The notes below the pieces were generated by a model, which did no database searches, was not told where the DNA came from, and saw nothing but the letters and a program-made list of their open reading frames with translations. DNA of 64,000 bases. Origin: Eledone cirrhosa. Its lineage: Eukaryota. Positions 52,653 to 64,000 of this stretch are shown one piece after another; position 1 is the first letter of the stretch, and the number at the start of each line of letters is the position of its first letter. Where the stretch lies: NCBI GenBank assembly GCA_964016885.1, contig OZ024741.1, positions 17,360,001 to 17,424,000 on the forward strand, read 5' to 3'. A program made the position numbers and the translations under genes.

Positions 52653-52964
52653 CTGAGTTGTAATGACAGAATGAACATATATAGCATAGAAATGTCTGTA
52701 ACGTTTCGTGTTTATATGGTGGTCATATGTTGTTTTGATTGGTCGTTTAGCTATGAGGATTGTTTTGGCATGTACGATAGGTGGGGGGGGGGGGGGTTAT
52801 AGTGACGGGGTGGTGGTGGGAAGATGGTTGATGTGAGTTGCGGGGTGTGGTGTTTTGGCTTGCCATAGACATGTCGGCGTGTACGTGGTGAGGCGGAGGT
52901 GGTGTGTGTGGTGTGGATATGGTAGGGCTGTGCATGATACGACACACGCACACACACACACACA

Positions 52965-53010
<46 letters not shown>

Positions 53011-53729
53011 TATATATGTATATATGAATGTATATATAGTATATTTGGCAATATACTGTATGCTTAAAAGCATTTTGAAGACCTTGCGCTATTATTTTAA
53101 AGTAGTGACTATGTCACTTACTTCCTTTATCAACAAACAAAGGGAGATAAGCTGACAGATCTGTTTCATACTGTTGGTAATCACCAGAGCTTAACACTCG
53201 CTTTGTCTGTTGAAAATTATAAATGTTGGATTCTTAAAGAATTCCAGTAATAATAGGAACTGTCTATACAGAGCGGTTGCCGGTCCAGCAAAAATTGAAA
53301 ATTAGAATTGGTGCTAAAAAAAATAGCGATGTATATATGAATGTATATATAGTATAATTGGTAATCCACGGTATACTTAATTAAAAGCATTTTGAAGACC
53401 TTACGCTATTGTTTTAAAGTAGTGACTATGTGGGGGTGGTGGAGGTTGTTGCTGTTGGTGGTGGTGGTTTTTTTTAGGTGGGTGGGTGGGGGGGTTCTTG
53501 TTGTTGTTGTTGTTGTTGGTGGTGGTGGTAGTATTATTGATGATGATGATTAGGGTGATGATGTCAATGATAATGAGAGTAATCATGTTGCTGTTGATGA
53601 TGATTATGATGACGATGGTAATGATAAACAATAATAAAAACAATAAGAGGCTAGTGCCACCTGCAGGGTTGAGTAAGATGGTTGATCTGGCATCAAAGAG
53701 AAGACAACTACGGCATGTCGTCTGTCACT

Positions 53730-54040
53730 GGGTGGAGGGGGTAGTGAGAGGTACGGAACAGAGGTGGTGGTAGTGGGTGTAGTGAGAGGTAAGGAAGAAA
53801 GGTGGTGGTAGTGGGTGTAGTGAGAGGTAACGAAGAGAGGTGGTGGTGGTGGGTGTAGTGAGAGGTACGGAACAGAGGAGGTGGTGGTGGGTGTAGTGAG
53901 AGGTAAGGAAGAGAGGTGGTGGTGGTGGGTGTAGTGAGAGGTAAGGAACAGAGGTGGTGGGTGTAGTGAGAGGTAAGGAAGAGCGGAGGTGGTGGTGGGT
54001 GTAGTGAGAGGTAAGGAACAGAGGTGGTGGTGGGTGAGTA
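53730..54040. repeat. ~33-42 bp GT-rich minisatellite
   Basis: GGGTGTAGTGAGAGGTAAGGAA.AGAGGTGGTGGT units. Confidence 0.9.
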
Positions 54041-54162
54041 GACGAAAATATTTAACTGGGTGACGGATATATATAGATATCAGATGGACACATACATACA
54101 CACACACACATATATATATGCACATACTATAAACACATATATTCATACATATATACATACAT

Positions 54163-54235
<73 letters not shown>

Positions 54236-54267
54236 CATACATACATATACATATATATATATATATT

Positions 54268-55100
54268 GGTAAAAGGAAAAAAAAATGCTGACAAATTGTT
54301 CCCAGTGAAAAATAGTTTAATTAGGAATAAGTAAAAATTAGTAATAAGTATTGGTTAGTATTCAGTTTTGGTTTTAAGTTTTTACCGGTTGCGCATTTCT
54401 AATGCTTTTCAAAAATAATTTTGAGATAGAGCGCCCGTGATGTTTGCTCTAATCTGATCAGTTTTGGAAATACTACCTGTTTTATGTGAAAAAAGTGGCT
54501 CCAGAGGTATTAAAATAAGTTTCGCGCGAATTCGTGTTGCAAAAATTCTTGTGGTCAAAACAATTTTGATTGGTCGGTAGAGGTCACGTGAATGTTAAAA
54601 ATTGATTTTGCGCCAAATGTAGGTTTGTCGAAGAGTGTCTTTTTTCGCCTGATTGAGAAGTCACTGAAAAATAAGTCTTTTAAGACAAATATGTGTGTGT
54701 GTGCAGGGCCTAATGGATTCCCCTTGCAGTACGTACAATCTGGACACTCACACTCACCTTGGTTTTATGACAATACTATATATCATTTCACACCTTTTAT
54801 TATTAATGTTTTTGATGTTCTCTTGAGAGAATCGTTTTTGCTGAAAATATCGAATAATGTACACCATTTTTACCAGTATCACAAAAATACTAGTCCACAC
54901 ACACACACACACATATATATATACACACACATATATATACACACACACATACACACGCGTACACTAACATACAAGGAGACATATATACACACACACACAC
55001 TTCTCCGTATAAGACAAGAGCTGAAAAATAGCTTTCAACATGTTAAAATATCCCCCACACACGAACAGACAGATTCCTACTGACCACGAATTACTCTGCT

Positions 55101-55131
<31 letters not shown>

Positions 55132-55695
55132 TCTTAATAGGCACCTGAACTGTTGACCTGTCAACATGACTGCAATTCACACACACATCCCTACTGACCA
55201 TTATCACAACAAAGAACCTCTTTACTACACACACACATATTTGTCTTAAAAGACTTATTTTTCAGTGACTTCTCAATCAGGCGAAAAAAGACACTCTTCG
55301 ACAAACCTACATTTAGCGCAAAATCAATTTTTAACATTCACGTGACCTCTACCGACCAATCAAAATTGTTTTGACCACAAGAATTTTTGCAACACGAATT
55401 CGCGCGAAACTTATTTTAATACCTCTGGAGCCACTTTTTTCACATAAAACAGGTAGTATTTCCAAAACTGATCAGATTAGAGCAAACATCACGGGCGCTC
55501 TATCTCAAAATTATTTTTGAAAAGCATTAGAAATGCGCAACCGGTAGAAACTTAAAACCAAAACTGAATACTAACCAATACTTATTACTAATTTTTACTT
55601 ATTCCTAATTAAACTATTTTTCACTGGGAACAATTTGTCAGCATTTTCTTTTCCGTTTACCAATATATCACAACCCGTGTGTTACACCTCTATTC

Positions 55696-55700
<5 letters not shown>
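54268..55700. mobile_element. second fold-back element: ~430-bp inverted arms (54268-54700 / 55230-55665)
   Basis: Arms are near-perfect; the body at 54780-55230 is homologous and antiparallel to 48640-49255. Confidence 0.88.
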
Positions 55701-55784
<84 letters not shown>

Positions 55785-55802
55785 ATCTATGTATGTAATA
55801 TG

Positions 55803-55838
<36 letters not shown>

Positions 55839-55856
55839 CATATTACATACATAGAT

Positions 55857-55901
<45 letters not shown>

Positions 55902-55917
55902 CATATTACATACATAG

Positions 55918-55980
<63 letters not shown>

Positions 55981-55985
55981 CATAT

Positions 55986-56033
<48 letters not shown>

Positions 56034-56146
56034 CATATTACATACATAGATACATATACAGAGTAATATATATATATGTGTGTGTGTGTATATATATATA
56101 TATGTATACATATATGTGTATGTATATATAGATATACATATATACA

Positions 56147-56177
<31 letters not shown>

Positions 56178-56199
56178 ATATATACATATATATAGATAT

Positions 56200-56347
56200 A
56201 TAATTGTTTCTACTTTTGGCACAAGGCCAGCAATTATCCCAGTACATTACTGGTACTTTATTTTATCGACCCCGTAAGGATGAAAGGCGGGATTTGAACT
56301 CAGACCACAAAGGGCCGTAACTATGCTGGAAAGCATGGTGTCCGACC
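56200..56347 (-). mobile_element. SINE family 1 copy with small internal deletion
   Basis: Aligns to 26730-26890. Confidence 0.85.
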
Positions 56348-56764
56348 GGATATATAATATATACACGACATCTAGATAAGCAAACACATAGCATGGCGAT
56401 GTCGTCAAGGTGTTTGATGGGATGCGAACTCTAGTAGCAACATCTGGCATGTAGATAAACAAATATGTGGACATGTTGATGTCAAAACCATCTCAGACTC
56501 GATACTGAGAAACCTACCGGAGTAATTTAAGTAAATAGATCTTTAATGGGTTAATATTTTGTCCAGTTTAACAGCACCTTCTGGCCTCTCCTTGCAAGCA
56601 TTAGGACCAGTTTAGGATTTGAGGTACCACAAAACCTTTCTCCTTCCTTCTCTCTCGCTTGTACCACACTGAGAAATTCTGAAAATATTCATAGATACTG
56701 TTATTCTCATGCTAACTTTATATATATATACATACATACGTACGTACGCACATACATACATAGA

Positions 56765-57040
56765 TAAAGTACAATCCATTAATGGAACAGTAACAATATG
56801 TAAAACATTCCAAAAATGTTGCATCTAATAACTGCATATACACATATACACATGCAGACATACAACTCAAAACATACACATCCACTCATACAATAACATC
56901 CATATCTACACATGCATGCAGACATACATACATATCTACCTAATTGATGTTGTGTAAATTCCAATGAGTCTTGTGTCTATGTTAGAAACCGACTCTCTCT
57001 CTATTGGCAAACATTTTTGAAATTATAAAACCAGAAGAAC
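56765..57040 (+). mobile_element. 3' end of the (CATA)-tailed R4-like family
   Basis: Matches 63555-63735 and the reverse complement of 43690-43965; followed by (CATA)n. Confidence 0.85.
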
Positions 57041-57072
57041 ATACATACATACGTACGTACATACATACATAC

Positions 57073-57386
57073 ATGGTGGCTGCCAACTCGTTTTCGAGTA
57101 CGACCACTACTTTATATCCATGTAGGAGAACCCCTACCGATGCGCTGAACGAGTGTGACTTTTTAGTCCAACCTGCGACTTGAAAACTCTGGTACAAACA
57201 CTACACTTGTGACAATTATTGACACATAGTGCTGGGCCCATGGTACCTTGTGACGACAAGTGCAGAGAGATCTCCAGATATAAAGCAATGCCTGTGCCGT
57301 GAAGCTTTTATAATGAGCAAAGGCACTGCACAAAGCCAGTCCCACTCTCTTAACCAAGATGATATTTACCAAAAAGAACAAGTCAA
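57073..57386 (-). mobile_element. family A 3' fragment
   Basis: Reverse complement of 40428-40746; (CATA)n on both sides. Confidence 0.88.
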
Positions 57387-57549
57387 CATACATACATACA
57401 TACATACATACATACATACATACATACATACATACATACATGCATACATACATACATACATACATGCATACATACATACATACATACATACATGCATACA
57501 TGCATACATACATACATACATACATACATACATGCATACATACATACAT

Positions 57550-57985
57550 TTTAATTGCTACTTCTTGTCAGAAGAGTGCCATGCCTTTTTGAACATTGCA
57601 AGATCATGTACACGCAGGTAACTTTTCTGACCCACTTTCGTTTTGTAGGTAGGTTCACAGATGTGACACTTGAACTGTTTGTCACCTGGTATTACCGGCT
57701 GGGGTGTGACTTCATACATTCTACCATGTCTGGCCAGTCCACCCGCTTACTTTCAAATAAGCCACACCCATTGCAAATGTGTCTTGGTGCGTATGGCGGT
57801 AGAAGTATCTTACAGGTGGCTCGAATTCTCCCTGGCACCTGTCATTTTAGATGGTTAACAAAACTAGCTCGTGTTAGAAGAAATCAGCTATATACATTCC
57901 TCAATTCCTGCTGGATTTTTGCAGGCATTGCAGTTGAGTCCCGCTTACGAAGTGAACGCTTCAAGACAGCATGCCCCACTCGTCC
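57550..57985 (-). pseudogene. 3' end of another RTE family with zinc-finger remnants
   Basis: Minus strand: HAVLKRSLRK, LLTRASFVNHLK, HICNGCG..GGLARHGR, FKCHICEPTYKTKVGQKSYLRVH, with frameshifts; (ATGT)n tail. Confidence 0.75.
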
Positions 57986-57993
57986 ATACATAC

Positions 57994-58525
57994 ATGATGG
58001 CTGCCTCCTCGTTATCGAGTATGGCCATTGCACGATATACCATTATTAATAATTATTAATTAATTCTATCATGCAATGCCTGTGCGTGAAGATATTTTTT
58101 AAAGTAAGGAAAGACTGTGCACTGAGCCAATCCCACTCTCTGGGCGACAGTAGCTATAACCCGAAAAGAAGAAAAGATCATCATCATCGGTAACTACAGA
58201 GCCGCAGGTTTTATATCGGAGTTATCCCAGTTTCATGAGTTGCCTTCTAGAAGAATGCCTTGACAAAGGCTAGGGGTCCATTACTCCCAGTGATTTAACC
58301 CCGCGGTACACGTGTATATACATATTTACACACTTTCGGATGGCTGTTGACTCTTATGAGTTCTTTCGCCCTTTGTCAGGTTTCGTTTTTTGTCCTGCGG
58401 GGTGTCCAAAATCACCCTCCTCACCAAGTAAACTTGGTGGGGTTGCCGGTTTAGTCGACGACGACCCGACCATGCGACAGGTTGTACTGGGTTACATGTT
58501 ACCAGTAGCACTCAAGAGTGACCCA
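57994..58525 (-). mobile_element. longest family B copy, sharing its 5' module with family A
   Basis: 3' part matches 41035-41362; 58338-58512 matches the family A 5' region at 58990-59165. Confidence 0.88.
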
Positions 58526-58571
58526 TACATACATACATACATACATACATACATACATACATACATACATA

Positions 58572-59180
58572 CATGGTGGCTGCCAACTCGTTTTCGAGTA
58601 TGGCCACTACTTTATATCCATGTAGGAGAACTCCTACCGATGCGCTGAACGAATGTGACCTTAGTCCAGCCAGCGACTTGAAAACTCTGGTACAAACACT
58701 ACACTTGTGACAATTATTGACACATAGTGCTAGGCCCATGGTACCATGTGACGACAAGTGCAGAGAGATCTCCAGATATAAAGCAATGCCTGTGCCGTGA
58801 AGCTTTTATAGTGAGCACAGGCACTGCACAAAGCCAGTCCCACTCTCTTAACCAAGATGATATTTACCAAAAAGAAGAACAAGTCAACATCATTGGATAC
58901 CATCAGGGTTGCAGGTGTTATATCAGAGTTTTCCTTCTCCTAGAATTCTGCCTTGACAAAGGCTAAGGGGTCATCTCTCCCGGTGATTTTGGATGGCCAT
59001 TGACTCTTAAGAGCTCCTTTGCCCTTTGACAGGTTTTGTTTTTAGTCCTGCAGGATGTCCAAAGTCACCCTCCTCACCAAGAAACCTTGGTGGGGTTGCC
59101 AGTTTCGTCGCCAACGACCCGACCATGAGACAGGTTGTACTGGGATACATGTTACCAGTAGCACTAAGTGGTGACCCGAC
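58572..59180 (-). mobile_element. full-length family A copy
   Basis: Reverse complement of 40139-40748. Confidence 0.9.
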
Positions 59181-59200
59181 ATACATACATACATACATAC

Positions 59201-59258
59201 ATGATGGCTGCCCCCTCGTTATCGAGTATGGCCATTGCACAAAAAAAAAAAAAAAAAA

Positions 59259-59301
<43 letters not shown>

Positions 59302-59380
59302 GCAATAATAATAATAACGACAACAACAATAATAATATACATATTCATATATATATACACACACACGCACGCACATAAGC

Positions 59381-59418
<38 letters not shown>

Positions 59419-62400
59419 GATAGCAACTAACAGTGCTGCGATCGAATGTGGCTTTTTAGCCCAGCCAATGATCTAAAATGTCTTGCACAGAGTCGGCAAC
59501 CAAAACATTTACTGGGAATAGTCGGCTGTGGTTGGAGTTCGTGTACTTTTGCATGTCGCTTGAGTCCTCCTGCTGATTTACATTCTCTACCACATGTTTG
59601 GCAAGCATGATGAGTAGCATCTCCAACAGCAGCCTGGTAGTCAACCACTGGTCTTACTTTATGACTGCGAAGATGACTTTCGAGTCCAGCTTTGCTTAGG
59701 CAGAGTCTCGCACAGACGCTGCATGTCAGAAACATAGGAGGACCCTCGCCGTCTGGAAGTGCAACAGCAATACCCTTCCTCACGTCCCGCTTTACTTTCT
59801 CGTGTGCGATTCGAGATGCCTCAAAGGCAACTTTTCCCTCATATACAGTCTTTCTCCATTTATTACGATCAGCAGCAATATTTTCCCATGTATCAGCAGA
59901 GATGTTAGCGTCTTTCAGAGAGGCCTTCAAGGAATCCTTATACCTCTTTTTTGGTTTATGTGGCGGTCGTTTTCCTTTAACCAACTCTCCATAGAAGAGT
60001 TGTTTTGGTATTCTAGAATCCTTCATCCTGGCAAGGTGACCACTCCAACGGAGTCGCTGCTTAAGCACAAGAGCTTCTATACTGTCACACATAGAGCTTT
60101 CCAAAATCTCGACATCACTGATGTGGTCCCTCCAGCGAACGCCATGTATCCGTCTGAGACACATCTGATGGAAACGCTCCAATTGCTTAAGGTGGCGTCG
60201 ATATGTGACCCAGGTCTCGCAGGCATAAAGAAGACAAGAGAGTACACATGCCCTGTACACCTTTACCTTTGTCCTCCTGCATATGTCTCGCCGACCCCAG
60301 AGTCGCCTTTCTAGCTTTCCGAAAGCATCACTTGCTTTCCTAATCCTAAGTGAGATTTCACCGTCAAGGTTGCCGTATCGATTGACAGTGCTTCCCAGGT
60401 AGACAAACTGATCAACCACTCCAAGTCGTTTGCCATACACATAGATGTTTGGTTCAGTGTACTGCCCACCAGGTGCAGGTTGGTACATGACGACGGTTTT
60501 CTTGAGACTGACAGTCAAACCCAGGGCAGTGCAAGCGTCAGAAAATACATTCAAAATGTGCTGCATATCACTCTCTGTGTGCGCTACAAGATCGCAATCA
60601 TCTGCATACAAGAGGTCTCTTATGACTGATGTAAATACTTTTGTCTTCGCAGCAAAGCGCCTGATGTTAAATATGCTGCCTGAGGTTCGATATCGGATGT
60701 AAACACCATGCTCGCAATTCCTGAATGCAATACAGAAAACCATTGCAAAGTATATGGCAAACAGGGTCGGTGCTGGAATATCCCCCTGTTTCACTCCATT
60801 TTTTACTGAGATAGGCTCCGACATGTTACCTCCGACATTAACCCAAGCCTTCATGTCGTCATGGAAAGACCTAACTAAAGCAAGGAACTTATCAGGGCAA
60901 CCAAGTTTCTGGAGAACCTTCCATAATGCATCTCTGTTGACAGTATCGAAAGCCTTTGTCAGATCGACAAAAACCTGATACAGATCCAAGCCCTGTTCAA
61001 TGCACTTCTCCTGGAGCTGTCTAGCTGAGAAGATCATATCAGTAGTGCCGCGTCCAACACGAAAACCAGATTGACTTTCAGGAAGGACACAATCTGCAAT
61101 GTGTGTCAGCAGACGGTCCAGAAGCACCCTACATAAAACTTTCCCCACGACAGAAAGCAATGATATACCTCTGTAGTTCCCACAATCATTCCTGTTACCC
61201 TTTCCCTTGTACAAGACCACCATTACCGCATCTCTCCAGTCCCCAGGCACGGATTCATTAGCCCATATCCCTCCAAACAGAGAGTGAAGATGTTGCAGGA
61301 GTCTCTCACCACCATATTGTAGGAGCTCAGCATGTATGCCATCCATACCTGGAGATCTTCCACTGTTCAGCTTCGAAATAGCCACCGCAACCTCCACAAG
61401 TGTCGGAGGTTCTGCGAGAGCTACTTTCACAGGACTTTCCGGAATGAGATTGAGGAAATCTTCACTGACGACAGACGGCTGATTCAAAAGATCATCAAAG
61501 TGCTCTCGCCACCTTCGTAGAATTCCCTGTGAGTCACGAAGAAGTTCTTTGCCATCCCTGCTGCGAATCGGTGTCACCAGAGAAGAAGACGGTCCATAAA
61601 CCTCACGCAAGAGACTGTACAACAGCTTTGTGTTATTGCAATCAGACGCAGTTTGTATCTCACCAGCCTTCTCACTCCACCACTGATCCTTCATCCGAGA
61701 AAGACTCCGCCTAACACGTGATTTTACATCCCTGAGCTCCTCATGCAACGTATTCCTCTCCCGTGGCCCTGCCGTCAAGTAGCGTGACAGAGCGCGCCTC
61801 TTATCAGCCAACAAGTCATCTATATGCACATCTTTCTCATCAAACCAGTCCTGATGTTTTCTCTGCACCAATCCCAGAACACGTCTGCCTACATCATAAA
61901 CCGACTTTTTAAGGGTCGGCCAATCCTCACCAAGATCTGCAGCCTGCATCTCTTCTTCCAATGTCCTCTTCACATTTTTATCCTTAAGACGAGCAGCATT
62001 CAATCTTTTGGGCAGGGTAACACCAGGAGCCCGGATTTTACGTTTGGTGATTAGATTCACTTTTGCGCGTACCAGGCGGTGGTCCGTCCAGCACTCAGCT
62101 CCACGAAGAACACGAACACACCGCACATCCTGTCTGTCACGCATCCTGACTAGGACGTAGTCCAAAAGATGCCATTCCTCAGATGCAGGATGCATCCATG
62201 TGGTCTTGAATTTGTTCTTTTGTTGGAACATGGTGTTGGTAACACACAGATCCAGCTCCTCACACATCTGCAGCAAGAGCATACCATTGCTGTTACACTT
62301 TCCCACCCCATGCCTTCCGATTACATTCCATGTGTTAAAATCCCTACCCACTCTAGCATTAAAGTCACCAAGCACGATGACTTTGTCTGCCTGAGGGATA

Positions 62401-62464
62401 TTTCTTAAAACACCTTTCAAGGCATGGTAAAAGGACAGTTTTTCTTCATCGACAGAATTCATAG

Positions 62465-62466
<2 letters not shown>
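59201..62466 (-). mobile_element. 5'-truncated RTE (BovB-like) LINE with (ATGT)n tail
   Basis: ORF below plus a 3' UTR split by a simple-repeat insert at 59241-59415; (CATA)n on both sides. Confidence 0.92.
59427..62466 (-). CDS. RTE ORF: partial APE endonuclease, RT, three C-terminal C2H2 zinc fingers (first ~19 aa of the track ORF are microsatellite)
   Basis: LGDFNARVG, WHLLDYVL, CWTDHRLV; NYRGISLL, FVDLTKAFDTV, GVKQGD, LLYADD; CSVC..HLRSH, CQTC..HAKVH, CRLC..HIRSQH; about 1010 codons with no stop. Confidence 0.93.
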
Positions 62467-62495
<29 letters not shown>

Positions 62496-62737
62496 CATAC
62501 ATACATACATACATACATACATACAGCTCCCTAATTGATAGACTACAAATGGCTGCGATAGCTGGCACCTTCAAAATTTGCAAAACATTCTTGTGATTCA
62601 AGAGATGACGATTTCTTTTCCTCTACAGCCTTGCCCCCAGGAAGGTGGCCGGTCAAAAATGTACTCGAAATTAAGAAGAAGAGAAGCATACATACATATA
62701 CACATACATACATCCATACATACATACAAACATACAT

Positions 62738-63735
62738 CAAAAACTCACACCCAGGGATGTCGCTCAGCAGTATCGCAGTGAATCCATGGATGAAAAACTG
62801 CATGCCTATCAACAAAATATCATGCATGGATATGTTGCCAGCAAGCTCCAAAGTGAGAGTAATATAGATAAGGAAAGTAGCCTATCTTGGACCAACAACC
62901 GCTATATTGGCTCCCACTTTGAAGGATACGCTTTTGCATTCCAGGAACAGGAGATTAGCTCGAAATACCTGATTCACAAAAGAGATAGGGATGCAGGCAA
63001 AACACCTAGATGTGATAACAAGTGCAGACTCTGCAGAACTAACATCGAGGATATCACCCATGTCATCAGCAGCTGTCCAAAGATGTCATCGCGGTACTAT
63101 CTACCTATGAGGCATGATGTAGCGGCCAAAACACTGTACAATGCAGTTCGTAAAAAAGATAGCCCCGATAATAAACACATTAAAAGCTACAACAATGTGG
63201 AAGACATCCGTGTACATAATATGAAAGAGTACTGGTGGAATGTTCCAGTAAAAACCCCAATAAAATGCAGGCATAACGGACTAGATATTATGATATGGGA
63301 CAGGGAGAAGAAAGCATGCGCACTAGTGGAAATTAGCTGCCCAGCAGATACCAATATAATATCAAAGATTAGTGAAAAGGAGAACATTTATGCAGAACTG
63401 ATGTGAAATCTGCAGATACTCCACCCTGATTACACCTTCAGATTTATGCCTGTGATTATTGGGGAACTGGGATATGTTAGTAACTGCCTCAATACAAATA
63501 TTGAGAAGCTAGGCTTCACAGGAACAGAAAGAACACAACTAGTCAGGATATTACAAGTACAATCCATTAATGGAACAGTAAAAATATGTAAAACATTCCA
63601 AAAATTTTGCATCTAATAACTGCATATACACATATACAGATGCAAACCATATACACATGCACACATACAACTCAAAACATACACATCCACACATACAATA
63701 ACATCCATATCTACACATGCATGCATACATACATA
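62738..63735 (+). pseudogene. 5'-truncated R4-like RLE LINE (CATA-tailed family); ORF 62786..63406
   Basis: MHGY, EGYAFAFQEQEI, CRLCRTNIEDITHVISSC, RHD, LVEISCP; premature stop; homologous to 43908-44700. Confidence 0.88.
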
Positions 63736-63739
63736 TTCC

Positions 63740-64000
63740 TTAGAGCGTCCTGAACGAAGGACCGCTCTTGTTGCAAAGGAGCTTCGACGTTACGATCTTG
63801 ACGTCGTGGCTTTATCTGAGACGAGGTTAGCTGGAGATGGTCATTTACAGAATTTTGTGGAGAATATACATTCTTCTGGAAAGGAAGAGATGAAGGAACC
63901 AGAAGAGAGGCTGGGGTAGGATTTGCTGTTAAGACTGTTCTTGTGAATAAATTAGAAGAATTCCCAGTAGGGATTAGTGAGCGTCTTATTCCATGAGAAT
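63740..64000 (+). pseudogene. RTE APE-endonuclease N-terminal fragment (runs off window)
   Basis: ERPERRTALVAKELRRYDLDVVALSETRLAG, frameshift, GEYTFFWKG..REAGVGFAVK..PVGISERLI. Confidence 0.88.

Noticed and set aside
55255-55300. HHR in the fold-back arms (CAGTGA..GGCGAAA)
   Set aside because: No CTGANGA and no consistent stems.
59427-59730. Host C2H2 zinc-finger gene
   Set aside because: The fingers are in frame with the RTE RT and recur in other RTE copies; no TGEKP linkers.

Overview
This is repeat-saturated, apparently intergenic or intronic animal DNA. The SINE families and microsatellite load suggest an octopod cephalopod; that is an inference from remembered sequence, not a database result. 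No host protein-coding exon can be supported, and nearly all ORFs in the track are microsatellite artefacts. Real coding content is retrotransposon-derived: one full-length intact R4/Dong-type RLE LINE in a (TAA)n tract, a 5'-truncated RTE LINE with an uninterrupted ORF ending in three C2H2 fingers, a Penelope-like GIY-YIG 3' end, and many decayed LINE fragments. There are also two RTE-derived non-autonomous families, tRNA-type SINEs, and about ten hammerhead-ribozyme (HHR) motifs in short Penelope-like elements embedded in (TA)n. Most notable: (1) a candidate non-circularly permuted ('scrambled') hammerhead at 19378-19455; (2) RTE-derived and R4-like elements stacked in (CATA)n arrays with opposite, invariant polarity; (3) each simple-repeat class hosts its own retroelement community.
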